NCBI GenBank assembly: GCA_039200705.1
Contig: JBCCSC010000010.1
Coordinates: 50,272 to 114,271, forward strand
DNA from: Chloroflexota bacterium
GTDB lineage: Bacteria > Chloroflexota > Anaerolineae > Aggregatilineales > Phototrophicaceae
DNA: 64,000 bases
Reading direction: 5' to 3'
How positions within the stretch are numbered: the first letter of the stretch is position 1; each line of letters begins with the position of its first letter. Positions 27,451 to 36,130 of this stretch are shown piece by piece. The notes below the pieces were generated by a model. That model ran no database searches. It saw only the letters and a program-made list of their open reading frames with translations, and had not been told where the DNA came from. Made by a program: the position numbers and the translations under genes.

Positions 27451-27559
27451 TGCTACTGAATAAAGCAACAATGCCCTTTGTCATTTCTTCCCTATTGTTT
27501 GCTATTTTGCATTGTTATAATGTGTAACAATTTTCAAGAGTTAGGGAGTCAAAGTATCT

Positions 27560-28873
27560 ATGTCATTCAAAACAGAATTGCTATCGGCTATCGAAAACCG
27601 TACTGCAAAAATCGGCATCGTCGGGATGGGCTATGTCGGCTTGCCATTAGCGGTAGAATTTGCTGAAGCAGGGTTTAATGTTATTGGCTTAGATGTAAAT
27701 GCTGAAAAAGTAGACCTACTGAATGATGGTGTGAGCTATATTGAAGATATTGCATCAGAAACAATTGCAGCACTCGTAGAAACTGGCAAACTATGTGCAA
27801 CAACCTCTTATGATGATTTAGCAGAGGTTCAAGCAATCAGTATTTGTGTGCCAACACCACTCCGCAAAACTAAAGACCCTGATATGAGTTTCATCATTCA
27901 GTCAGTTGAATCCATTGCTAAAATAGCGCGTGAGGGGATGCTCATCGTTCTTGAAAGCACTACATATCCTGGCACAACAGAAGAAATCGTGCGTCCACGC
28001 ATTGAACGGAATGGGCTTGTTGTCGGTGAATCACTTTTCATCGCATTTTCACCAGAACGGATTGACCCAGGTAACAAAGAGTTTGGTGTTCGCAATACAC
28101 CCAAAGTCGTTGGTGGTATGACTGAACACTGCTCAGAGATAGCGGCTGCACTTTATGGCACAGGCGTAGATAACGTAATTCAAGTGTCTTCGCCTACCTC
28201 TGCCGAAATGGTCAAACTACTAGAAAATACCTTCCGTGCAGTGAATATTGGCTTAGTCAACGAAATGGCATTGATGTGCGACAAGTTGGGCATTGATGTA
28301 TGGGAGGTTATTCATGCTGCTGCGACTAAACCTTTTGGCTTCATGCCATTCTACCCAGGTCCAGGTCTCGGTGGGCATTGCATTCCTGTTGACCCACATT
28401 ATCTCAGTTGGAAGTTGAAAACACTGAATTATAATGCGCGTTTTATCGAACTCGCAAGCGAAATCAATACCTCAATGCCCCTTTACGTAGTCGATAAAAT
28501 CGCTGATGCACTCAATGACCAAGCCCTTGCTGTTCGCGGGTCTCGTGTTGTTGTGCTGGGTGTGGCATATAAACCCGATGTCACAGATGTGCGCGAAAGT
28601 CCTGCCTTAGACATCATCGAATTGTTGCGTCAAAAAGGCGCGGATGTCGTTTATCATGACCCTTTCGTGCCATCTATCCGTGTTGATACCCACGACAAAA
28701 TGGAAAGTTGTGAATATTCAGCAGAATTGCTCCAATCTGCTAATTGTGTTGTTATTGTGACCAATCACAGCATGTACGATTGGGAGCATGTGCTCGCACA
28801 CAGCCCTGTTATTGTCGATACACGTAATGCAGTCGCTGGCTATGAAACGCAAACACCAATTGTAACGCTCTAA
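27560..28873 (+). CDS. Nucleotide-sugar dehydrogenase (UDP-GlcNAc/ManNAc 6-dehydrogenase-like)
   Basis: KIGIVGMGYVGLPLAVEFAEAGFNV, and the catalytic Cys in GLGGHCIPVDP. Confidence 0.85.
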   Translation: MSFKTELLSAIENRTAKIGIVGMGYVGLPLAVEFAEAGFNVIGLDVNAEKVDLLNDGVSYIEDIASETIAALVETGKLCATTSYDDLAEVQAISICVPTPLRKTKDPDMSFIIQSVESIAKIAREGMLIVLESTTYPGTTEEIVRPRIERNGLVVGESLFIAFSPERIDPGNKEFGVRNTPKVVGGMTEHCSEIAAALYGTGVDNVIQVSSPTSAEMVKLLENTFRAVNIGLVNEMALMCDKLGIDVWEVIHAAATKPFGFMPFYPGPGLGGHCIPVDPHYLSWKLKTLNYNARFIELASEINTSMPLYVVDKIADALNDQALAVRGSRVVVLGVAYKPDVTDVRESPALDIIELLRQKGADVVYHDPFVPSIRVDTHDKMESCEYSAELLQSANCVVIVTNHSMYDWEHVLAHSPVIVDTRNAVAGYETQTPIVTL

Positions 28874-28943
28874 ATTTTGCTGATTGGAGGTTTAGCTATA
28901 TACTGAGTCATATGAACTGATTAATTGCTATTGGCGGAGTATT

Positions 28944-29597
28944 ATGGCTGAACTTCCAATTGATTTGAAAAAATTAGAGACTGTGCGCGGTGCGTTTGAA
29001 ATCCTGAAATATCTATACAATCAACCTGATAATGCCGCTGATGGCGACGACATCATGGATGATCTTGAACTGAGTACCCGTCGCTTCGATAAAGCAAAAC
29101 GTCGTCTTGTGACGCGCAATTATATCCAAATGCGGAGTGATTACATCTACGAATTGACCCGCAAAGGGGTCGAAAGTTCCGAAACTCTGATTGCCTTTGA
29201 TAAAGCAGGTGGTGATGATGATAATGACGGTATCACACGTCAGTTAGCTGTTGTTGTGCCACGTAATTTTGTGTATGGACAAGTATCACCACTGAAAATT
29301 GGAATTTCACCTAGTGCTGAGATGACTGATAACAAAAATCTGATTGTGCGTGTGACACCAACAAACGCCGAATTAGGTGAATACAATGAGATGGCAACTA
29401 TCGACAGTGATGCCCTCATCATGGAAACAACAATTACACCACAAGCCTATGATAAGGCACGCATCAAAGTTGAAGTCTACCAGATGGAAGATGATGATTT
29501 TGCCGAACTTGGTGGCATGTATCTTGACGTAGTCATTGTTGACTCAGGGGATACAGGCGATGATTTTGCCTACACAACCGATTTGATTTTTAGTTAA
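28944..29597 (+). CDS. Hypothetical protein; possible N-terminal winged-helix plus C-terminal beta-rich domain
   Basis: LSTRRFDKAKRRLVTRNYIQM...YELTRKG resembles a wHTH. An acidic linker GGDDDNDG follows. No family recognised. Confidence 0.45.
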   Translation: MAELPIDLKKLETVRGAFEILKYLYNQPDNAADGDDIMDDLELSTRRFDKAKRRLVTRNYIQMRSDYIYELTRKGVESSETLIAFDKAGGDDDNDGITRQLAVVVPRNFVYGQVSPLKIGISPSAEMTDNKNLIVRVTPTNAELGEYNEMATIDSDALIMETTITPQAYDKARIKVEVYQMEDDDFAELGGMYLDVVIVDSGDTGDDFAYTTDLIFS

Positions 29598-29656
29598 ATC
29601 GCAAGTCCCAAGTTTATTTTAGTAGGGGCGTAGCCGTGTCTGCGCCCATGAGAGTG

Positions 29657-30196
29657 CTAGAAAATCTTCTCAAAGCACATCACCTGCGCCCGACCTAAAT
29701 CCAGTACACCACGCTCTTCATACCCATTTTTGCGATAAAAGGCTTTCAATTTAGGGTGAGTATTCACTGCATCAAAGCGCACTTGAGGATACCCACGTTC
29801 CTGCACCAATTGATCGACTTCACTCATGCACCATGAGCCAATACCTTGTTGCTGAAACGCTGGCAAAATTGCATACGCGCTGAAATACATCGTCTCTAAA
29901 TCTAAGCCTGACCAATAAGCAGACATATCATCCAAATAATAGGGTTCAGGCTGTGTGCTAATGTTGAATGTACCAATCAGTAAGTTATCTTGAAAAATCC
30001 CAAAAACCTCTTTGCCTTCCAGATGCTCCAAAAATCGCTCAGATGATGGAAATGGATGCCAGTGTGATAATCCTAGCACACGGTGCATGTGTTCCCCTGC
30101 GAGTGCCATGATGCTATAGACTGCATTGTATTGGTCTTCTGCTAACAAGCGTATTTCGCGCATATCGAATCCCTTGCTATATCTGCTCATATTCAA
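29657..30196 (-). CDS. GNAT-family N-acetyltransferase
   Basis: Acetyl-CoA motif QQQGIGSWCM and the C-terminal AFYRKNGYE. There is a 4-nt ATGA overlap with the upstream gene. Confidence 0.7.
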   Translation of the reverse strand: MNMSRYSKGFDMREIRLLAEDQYNAVYSIMALAGEHMHRVLGLSHWHPFPSSERFLEHLEGKEVFGIFQDNLLIGTFNISTQPEPYYLDDMSAYWSGLDLETMYFSAYAILPAFQQQGIGSWCMSEVDQLVQERGYPQVRFDAVNTHPKLKAFYRKNGYEERGVLDLGRAQVMCFEKIF

Positions 30197-30864
30197 TCAA
30201 AATGCACCATAATTTCATCTAGTGGTTTTTTCTCGATATCGGGTACTTCAGCATCTTCTGCAGGGTAGCCTACTGTCAGAATCATCGTAGCGCGTTCATT
30301 TTCAGGGCGATGCAAAATCTCTTGCAGAAATTTCATCGGACTAGGGGTATGCGTCAAAGTTGCTAAGCCTGCCAGATGCAAACTTGCAATCAACAACCCT
30401 GTCGCAATTCCAACGGATTCATCCACATAGTAATGCTTGATTTTCTTGCCATCTTCACCCATACCATAGGCTTGCCGAAAAATGACAATTAAGTACGGAG
30501 CATCTTCTAAATGAGGTTTATGCCAATCTGTGCCAAGTGGTTCGAGTGCTTTCAGCCATTCCTCACTCATGCGATGCTTGTAGCTCTCTTTTTCCTCAGC
30601 TTCGGCAGCAAAGCGAATTTTACGTTTGAGTTCAGGATTACTCACAACCACGAATGTCCATGGTTGTTGATTTGCACCTGATGGTGCAGTTCCAGCCGTC
30701 GCAATTGCATTTTCAATAATCTCAAGTGGCACTGGCTCAGACGAATAATCCCGCACTGTCCGACGTCTTCTCATTTTCTCTAAAAAAGTTTGGGATTGTT
30801 GTAATTGCTCTTCGGCAGATAGAGTTTCAAAAATCAACGGACTAAACGTGCCTTTGTGTGTCAT
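30193..30864 (-). CDS. Iodotyrosine deiodinase-like flavin nitroreductase-superfamily enzyme
   Basis: RRRTVRDYS...TAGTAPSGANQQPWTFVVV...EEKESYKHRM...DWHKPHLEDAPYLIVIF...GKKIKHYYVDESVGIATGLL...VGYPAEDAEVPDIEKKPLDEIMV closely parallels animal IYD as I remember it. The start is taken at ATG 30864, preceded by gaggaa. Confidence 0.8.
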   Translation of the reverse strand: MTHKGTFSPLIFETLSAEEQLQQSQTFLEKMRRRRTVRDYSSEPVPLEIIENAIATAGTAPSGANQQPWTFVVVSNPELKRKIRFAAEAEEKESYKHRMSEEWLKALEPLGTDWHKPHLEDAPYLIVIFRQAYGMGEDGKKIKHYYVDESVGIATGLLIASLHLAGLATLTHTPSPMKFLQEILHRPENERATMILTVGYPAEDAEVPDIEKKPLDEIMVHFD

Positions 30865-30868
30865 AAAA

Positions 30869-31669
30869 TTATTCCTCATTTTGTGAAGGCGACCATCCAA
30901 ATGGAGTCGTATTATCGTCTAACGCATCAAATGGGATTGATGTATCATCTAAATCAGGGAATGTTTGTAGAGCTTGTGTTGAACCACGTAATTCATCACG
31001 CTGATTCAATCGGCGTAAATGATTAGCATAATAAATTTTCATATCATCAGGTGGATTTTTGACAATACGAGCAACGCCTCGCGCCATGACATCGAGAGGC
31101 ATAGGTGCCATACGTCCGATGTGTGTCCATGATAAAGGGGGAATGCGACCAATCATGGTCATCATGCGATAAAATAAAGGACGCTGACTGCCACGAATAT
31201 AAGTGATAGGTGCACGGACGATAGATGTTGTTAATCCTACACGCTGAATTTGTTGCTCTGCATCGCGCTTTGCTCGTAAATAATCACCATTAATCCAAGG
31301 CGCACGCACAGCACTCATCAGCACAAAATGCTGAATTCCATCTGATAAACACATCGAAGCTACATTTCGTCCTGAAACCACATTCAAACGATGAAATGTA
31401 AGACCTTGTGCTGGGTCAGCGACCATACTACCAACAGTATGAATCACTGTGCTATGACCACGTCCATGCCCACGCAAGGATGCGGAATCCCAAACATCAG
31501 CAATTGACCAACGTACCTTTGATTGTAGCATCCCTAAGCGTGACTCATTACCATCACGCACAATCAGCGAGACTTCAAATCCCTCAGCCAATAATGCTGA
31601 TGCGATGTTGATGCCTAGATATGTGCCACCCCCAGTAATCAATACACGATTATGCTTCTGACTTGCCAT
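30869..31669 (-). CDS. NAD(P)-binding Rossmann protein (atypical SDR / NmrA-like)
   Basis: N-terminal VLITGGGTYLGINIASALLAEGFEV. Confidence 0.6.
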   Translation of the reverse strand: MASQKHNRVLITGGGTYLGINIASALLAEGFEVSLIVRDGNESRLGMLQSKVRWSIADVWDSASLRGHGRGHSTVIHTVGSMVADPAQGLTFHRLNVVSGRNVASMCLSDGIQHFVLMSAVRAPWINGDYLRAKRDAEQQIQRVGLTTSIVRAPITYIRGSQRPLFYRMMTMIGRIPPLSWTHIGRMAPMPLDVMARGVARIVKNPPDDMKIYYANHLRRLNQRDELRGSTQALQTFPDLDDTSIPFDALDDNTTPFGWSPSQNEE

Positions 31670-32200
31670 AGACGACCATAATGCAAACTGAATAATGCTG
31701 TGATTGTACCGTTCGCATGGTCACAATCGCAAGCGAGTTTATGCTAACAAATCAATAGAGTTTGATAGAGTACTTGCCTTTAATCACATTTTCATATACA
31801 GTTTTGAGTAGAAACAAGCGTGCTTTTACGCTGATGAATAAGTTGTAACCAACAAACTTAAGTCTGTAAGTGACAGACATAATTGAGAAATAACAATCGA
31901 ACTGTTTGACTACAGCCAGCAGATTTCGACAATAGACTATAAACGGCTGATTGAGCAAGACACTAACAAAACTTAACCGTGTATATTTGCGGATAAATTT
32001 TTGAGACAACGAGCATGTAACTAATGCTCAACAGGTAATCGGTAAAATGATAGTTCATAATCCTAATCACTCACATTATCTACCATCAGGATAGTTACTC
32101 CTGAGTTTTCAGCACCCAATCTGTGCTCTAAGAGATTAAACAAGTGACAGAAATTACTGTCTGGTAAACCGATTATCGACCTCATAGTGTAACGCTTTCG

Positions 32201-32242
32201 ACAGCCGTCAATCCGAATGGATGCTACGGCTGTTTCTGTTTT
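32201..32242 (+). terminator. Intrinsic-terminator-like hairpin immediately 5' of the recX ribosome-binding site
   Basis: A perfect 8-bp outer stem ACAGCCGT/ACGGCTGT encloses an inner stem ATCC-GAAT-GGAT. It is followed by TTTCTGTTTT, then GAGGA (32243-32247) and ATG 32255. Confidence 0.55.
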
Positions 32243-32254
32243 GAGGATACTCCG

Positions 32255-32920
32255 ATGCCGAAAGTGACCTTGCTTGAACGGCAGAAGAAAAATCAAGAAC
32301 GTGTCAATGTTTATCTTGATGATGAATTTGCCTTTGGCTTGAACATCATGGATGCGATGCAATTGAAAAAAGGGCAGGAACTTGATGCCCAAACAATTGC
32401 AGAACTCAAGAACAAAGATGCGATTGTCAAAGCAATTGACGTTGCTGTGAATCTATTGTCTTATCGTCCGCGCAGTCGGCACGAAATTCGACAAAAGCTA
32501 TCCAAAAAAGGATATGAAGAATTTGTCATTGAAACTGCAATTGAGCGCATGACTGATTTGAAATATCTTGATGACCATGCCTTTGCAAAATTCTGGATTG
32601 AAAGTCGCAATCGCAGTAAGCCTCTCGGTAAACGCGCCTTGCAGTATGAACTGCGAAACAAGGGCGTATCTGATGCGATTATCCGAGAGTTGCTAGAAGA
32701 TATGGTCGATGAATCATCAGGTGCTTATGAAGCAGCCCAAAAACGGATTCGTCGGATGCGTGGCAAAACAGAATATGAATTCAAACAAAAAGTCGGTGCA
32801 TTTCTCCAACGACGTGGTTTCAACTATGAGGCAATTAATCAGGCATTAGAGGCAATTATCATTGAATTGCAAGAAACTGACCCTGAATTCTTTGCTGAGC
32901 CTGATAACGATTGGATGTAA
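32255..32920 (+). CDS. recX: Recombination regulator RecX
   Basis: N-terminal ERVNVYLDDEFAFGL, with repeated three-helix modules (SRHEIRQKLSKKGY.., KRALQYELRNKGV.., VGAFLQRRGF). Confidence 0.85.
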   Translation: MPKVTLLERQKKNQERVNVYLDDEFAFGLNIMDAMQLKKGQELDAQTIAELKNKDAIVKAIDVAVNLLSYRPRSRHEIRQKLSKKGYEEFVIETAIERMTDLKYLDDHAFAKFWIESRNRSKPLGKRALQYELRNKGVSDAIIRELLEDMVDESSGAYEAAQKRIRRMRGKTEYEFKQKVGAFLQRRGFNYEAINQALEAIIIELQETDPEFFAEPDNDWM

Positions 32921-33029
32921 CCGTTTCAGGTTGTTTCATCACGGTAGCACTCAACCAAACTATTATTGGAAACCGTGAAAGGAGAAACGGTGATTACTAG
33001 TCTGCTACCGCAGATGTTGAATCATCGAT

Positions 33030-34670
33030 GTGAAAACTATGGATCCTGTATCAATAGGTATAGCTTTAGTAGTTGGCATCATCACTGCTGCTGTCGGGTT
33101 CTTTGTTGGACGCTCAAATGGCGAAAAATCTGGCTTGGAACAAGGTATAGAACGCGGTGCTGAACAAGGGCGTAATACTCTGCTTGAGGAACAACGCCTT
33201 GAAGGTCGTAGTGAACTGGCTCAAGCCCGTGATGAAGCCAAACGCATCACTATTGACGCAAATGATGAAGCTACAAAGCTCATTGCTGATGGTGAACGTA
33301 AGGCGCGTCAACGCCTTGAAGAAGCCGAACAAAGTATTACTCGTCGGCGTAAAGAACTTGACCGCGAAGAAGAAGGACTCGAACGTCGTCGCGGTGGCTT
33401 AGATAAACGTGCTGAAGACATTGACCGTCGCCTTGAGCGCATGGAACAACGCGAACAACAACAGAATAAACGCCAGAGCAATCTCGATAAAAAGCAAAAT
33501 GAACTCGCTAAAGTCGAAGAAGAGAAATTAGTCGAATTACAACGCATCGCACAAATGACAACCGATGAAGCGCGTGAACAAGTACTCGCTTTGGCAGAAG
33601 AAGATGCCCGTAATGACATCGCACGCATTATCCGCCAAGTCGAAGCCGAAGCCCACGAAGAAGCTGATAAACGTGCTCGTAGTATTATTTCAATGGCAGT
33701 TCAACGCCTCGCTAGCGAGCACGTCAGCGAAATTTCTGTCAGTGTCGTGCCGTTGCCTAGCGATGATATGAAAGGGCGTATCATCGGACGTAACGGACGT
33801 AACATTCGTGCCTTTGAAATTGCAACAGGTGTTGATGTTATCGTTGATGATACACCTGAAGCAGTGACTATCAGCAGTTTTGACCCTGTTCGTCGTGAAA
33901 TCGCCAAGCAAACAATGGCGAAATTGGTCGCGGATGGACGTATCCACCCTGCCCGTATCGAAAAACTAGTCGAAGATACAAAAGGCGAAGTTGACCAAAC
34001 CATTCGTGAAGAAGGCGAACGCGCAGCTTATGAAACAGGCATTCATGGCTTGCATCCTGAAATTTTGAAGTTGCTTGGTCAACTCAAATTCCGTACTAGC
34101 TATGGTCAAAATCAACATGCTCACGCAGTTGAAACCGCCCACCTAGCAGCGATGATTGCTCATGAATTAGGGGCTGATGTTCAAATTGCCAAAGCAGGTG
34201 GTTTACTTCACGACCTTGGCAAAGCAGTTGACCACAACACTGAGGGGACACATGCGCTCATCGGTGGTGAAATCCTGCGACGCTACGGAGTGCATGAATC
34301 AGTTGTGAATTGTGTTGAAGCACATCACCATGAACGTGAAAAAATCTGTGTCGAAGCCTATATTGTGGAAGCTGCTGACGCTATCTCTGGTGCACGCCCA
34401 GGTGCACGACGCGAAAGCCTCGAAAGTTACATCAAGCGCGTTAAAACACTCGAAGAAATCGCCAATGGTTTCAAAGGTGTCGAGCAAAGCTACGCATTAC
34501 AAGCAGGACGTGAAGTTCGGATTATTGTCCGCCCTGACGATGTCGATGATTTGGCTGCGATGGAACTCAGCCGTAATGTCGCACGTCAAATCGAAGAAAC
34601 AATGCAATATCCAGGTCAAATCAAAGTTCATGTGATTCGAGAAACACGCGCGATAGATTTCGCTAAGTAA
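33030..34670 (+). CDS. rny: Ribonuclease Y
   Basis: An N-terminal TM and a long E/R/K coiled coil are followed by the KH motif GRIIGRNGRNIRAFE and the HD domain GLLHDLGKA. The start could be GTG 33030 or ATG 33039. Confidence 0.9.
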   Translation: MKTMDPVSIGIALVVGIITAAVGFFVGRSNGEKSGLEQGIERGAEQGRNTLLEEQRLEGRSELAQARDEAKRITIDANDEATKLIADGERKARQRLEEAEQSITRRRKELDREEEGLERRRGGLDKRAEDIDRRLERMEQREQQQNKRQSNLDKKQNELAKVEEEKLVELQRIAQMTTDEAREQVLALAEEDARNDIARIIRQVEAEAHEEADKRARSIISMAVQRLASEHVSEISVSVVPLPSDDMKGRIIGRNGRNIRAFEIATGVDVIVDDTPEAVTISSFDPVRREIAKQTMAKLVADGRIHPARIEKLVEDTKGEVDQTIREEGERAAYETGIHGLHPEILKLLGQLKFRTSYGQNQHAHAVETAHLAAMIAHELGADVQIAKAGGLLHDLGKAVDHNTEGTHALIGGEILRRYGVHESVVNCVEAHHHEREKICVEAYIVEAADAISGARPGARRESLESYIKRVKTLEEIANGFKGVEQSYALQAGREVRIIVRPDDVDDLAAMELSRNVARQIEETMQYPGQIKVHVIRETRAIDFAK

Positions 34671-34682
34671 GTTACACACAAT

Positions 34683-34710
34683 GGGGCAACATTACTGTTG
34701 CCTCATTTTC
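34683..34710 (+). terminator. Intrinsic terminator after rny
   Basis: Stem ggggcaac / gttgcctc (one G-U), loop attact, then attttcc. Confidence 0.65.
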
Positions 34711-34718
34711 CTCTCTAG

Positions 34719-35207
34719 TCATAACCCAACATGAATTGCTTTTGACAACGGAACTGCCCAAGATAAGGCTTGGTCTACGGCTAGGCGGTCATCAATATGC
34801 ATAGCGATTTCTGTTAGAAACGGCGCGGATTTTTTCGTCGTTCTATCAACATGAAAAGCAAGTGCCTCCATTGTTGCAGATAATACCCCCTGCGTTTCAT
34901 TCACCATGAATACCATAAAATGTAGGCTTTTGCTGGAACGCATGATGAAACGACTATACACAGCAACGGTTTCACTAGCTTTGACTTCTGCACGGTAACT
35001 CAGACGTTGGTCAACTGCGTATAAGCCAATCTGATGCTCTTGGAAAAATGTGTCATCCATGCCGATGTCTGCGAACATCCTAAACACACTATCGCTGAAA
35101 ATCCTGAGATAGTATTGTACATTCATATGCTGGAAGATGTCTAAATACTCATCTGGAATCACCACCCGATGATGAAATGGCAATGCTCTAATATCTGCTA
35201 ATTCCAT
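34719..35207 (-). CDS. Hotdog-fold acyl-CoA thioesterase (4HBT/YbgC-like)
   Basis: LDIFQHMNVQYYLRIF matches the D-x-x-x-H-x-N-x-x-x-Y type motif. Length is 162 aa. Confidence 0.6.
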   Translation of the reverse strand: MELADIRALPFHHRVVIPDEYLDIFQHMNVQYYLRIFSDSVFRMFADIGMDDTFFQEHQIGLYAVDQRLSYRAEVKASETVAVYSRFIMRSSKSLHFMVFMVNETQGVLSATMEALAFHVDRTTKKSAPFLTEIAMHIDDRLAVDQALSWAVPLSKAIHVGL

Positions 35208-35213
35208 GCGTGA

Positions 35214-36026
35214 TTATTCTTCCTCTTCAACATCTAGTGTGTAGTCGCCAAATCCAAAATCATTCCCTGCAAGCGATGTTCCTCGCAATGTCACCAAATA
35301 CTCATCGTCTTCAGGTGCAACAAAAGTAACCACCAATGTATTGTTGAATGTTTCAGGTTGGTAAATCGCGCCTTGCAAGCCATTGGTGTCTGTCACGAAC
35401 AGATTAGTATCGGGGTCATAAATCACAATGAAAGGGGCAGTTGTACTGTCAGATTCTACTGTTAATGTAATTTCATCGCCTTCTTCTGCTACCAATGTAA
35501 AACCAACAATCGGATTATTGTCATCAAGCGTCCCTGTATAAGTTTCGTCATCCGCTAATTGTCCACCATCCATGTAAGTTTCAGGGGCAAAGACAAAACT
35601 GAGGGTATTTCCAGAGATAGCCAATAATCCAAAAATACTGATACAAGCACAGACACCAATCATGCCAACCACAAGTAATGAGAGTGTCGCACAATTCATG
35701 CCAGACTTTTTCTGTGGTGTTTCGTCAATTGCTTCGTATACTCCCATCTTGGGGGCATCTGCTGATATATCAAAATCATAGGGGTCATCACTCAGAGTGC
35801 TTAGCAAATTCTGTGCTTTTACTCGACGACTATCATTCTCACTAAGCCTCAATACATTGTTGAGCGCATTACGCTTCACACGAGGGTCATCCGTGGCATT
35901 GGCAAGCAACCACCACGCATCTTCATTGTCACGATTTGCACGAATCATGGGTTCAAGCATGTCGATTGCAGCTTGCTTTTGACCCTCTTTGATGAGATTG
36001 TAAGCAGTCGTTAGGTCTTGCCTCAT
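35214..36026 (-). CDS. Membrane-anchored protein with an N-terminal TPR-like region and a C-terminal extracytoplasmic beta domain
   Basis: A TPR-like N-terminus (EDAWWLLANATDDPRVKRNALNNVL), one central TM, and a C-terminal domain ending GDYTLDV. Confidence 0.5.
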   Translation of the reverse strand: MRQDLTTAYNLIKEGQKQAAIDMLEPMIRANRDNEDAWWLLANATDDPRVKRNALNNVLRLSENDSRRVKAQNLLSTLSDDPYDFDISADAPKMGVYEAIDETPQKKSGMNCATLSLLVVGMIGVCACISIFGLLAISGNTLSFVFAPETYMDGGQLADDETYTGTLDDNNPIVGFTLVAEEGDEITLTVESDSTTAPFIVIYDPDTNLFVTDTNGLQGAIYQPETFNNTLVVTFVAPEDDEYLVTLRGTSLAGNDFGFGDYTLDVEEEE

Positions 36027-36074
36027 GAGTGTTCCTTTAAATTAGCTATATGATTTCAGCAGCCATTATAAGAT

Positions 36075-36106
36075 AAAAAACAGCCTATGCAGATGTCATA
36101 AGCTGT
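36075..36106 (-). terminator. Intrinsic terminator after the TetR-ABC operon
   Basis: Hairpin acagcctatg / cataagctgt (one mismatch). On the minus strand it is followed by TTTTTTA. Confidence 0.55.
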
Positions 36107-36130
36107 TTATCTTTGCGAATACTCAGAGGC

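Noticed and set aside
27478-27666. A 62-aa ORF overlapping the start of the nucleotide-sugar dehydrogenase gene.
   Set aside because: It is out of frame with a strongly supported gene and is Cys/Ile/Phe-rich. It covers that gene's SD. It is likely spurious.
31898-31910. CGAACTGTTTGAC as a possible LexA (Cheo-type GAAC-N4-GTTC) box upstream of recX.
   Set aside because: The second half-site is TGAC, not GTTC. It lies about 350 nt from the recX start. No better SOS-box-like palindrome was found.
31752-32392. Two minus-strand ORFs (85 aa and 109 aa) in the AT-rich spacer, the second overlapping the recX start.
   Set aside because: They have no SD. Their composition is dominated by F/I/K/L/N, as expected from random translation of AT-rich DNA. 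The second runs antisense through the recX RBS and start. I treat the region as non-coding.
33114-34003. Several long antisense or alternative-frame ORFs inside rny (33114-33332, 33308-33628, 33690-33947, 33701-34003), some very Arg/Ser-rich.
   Set aside because: They lie entirely within the well-supported RNase Y frame. Their low-complexity composition is what the reverse complement of the GAA/CGT/GCN-rich coiled-coil codons would produce. They have no SD and no recognisable motifs.
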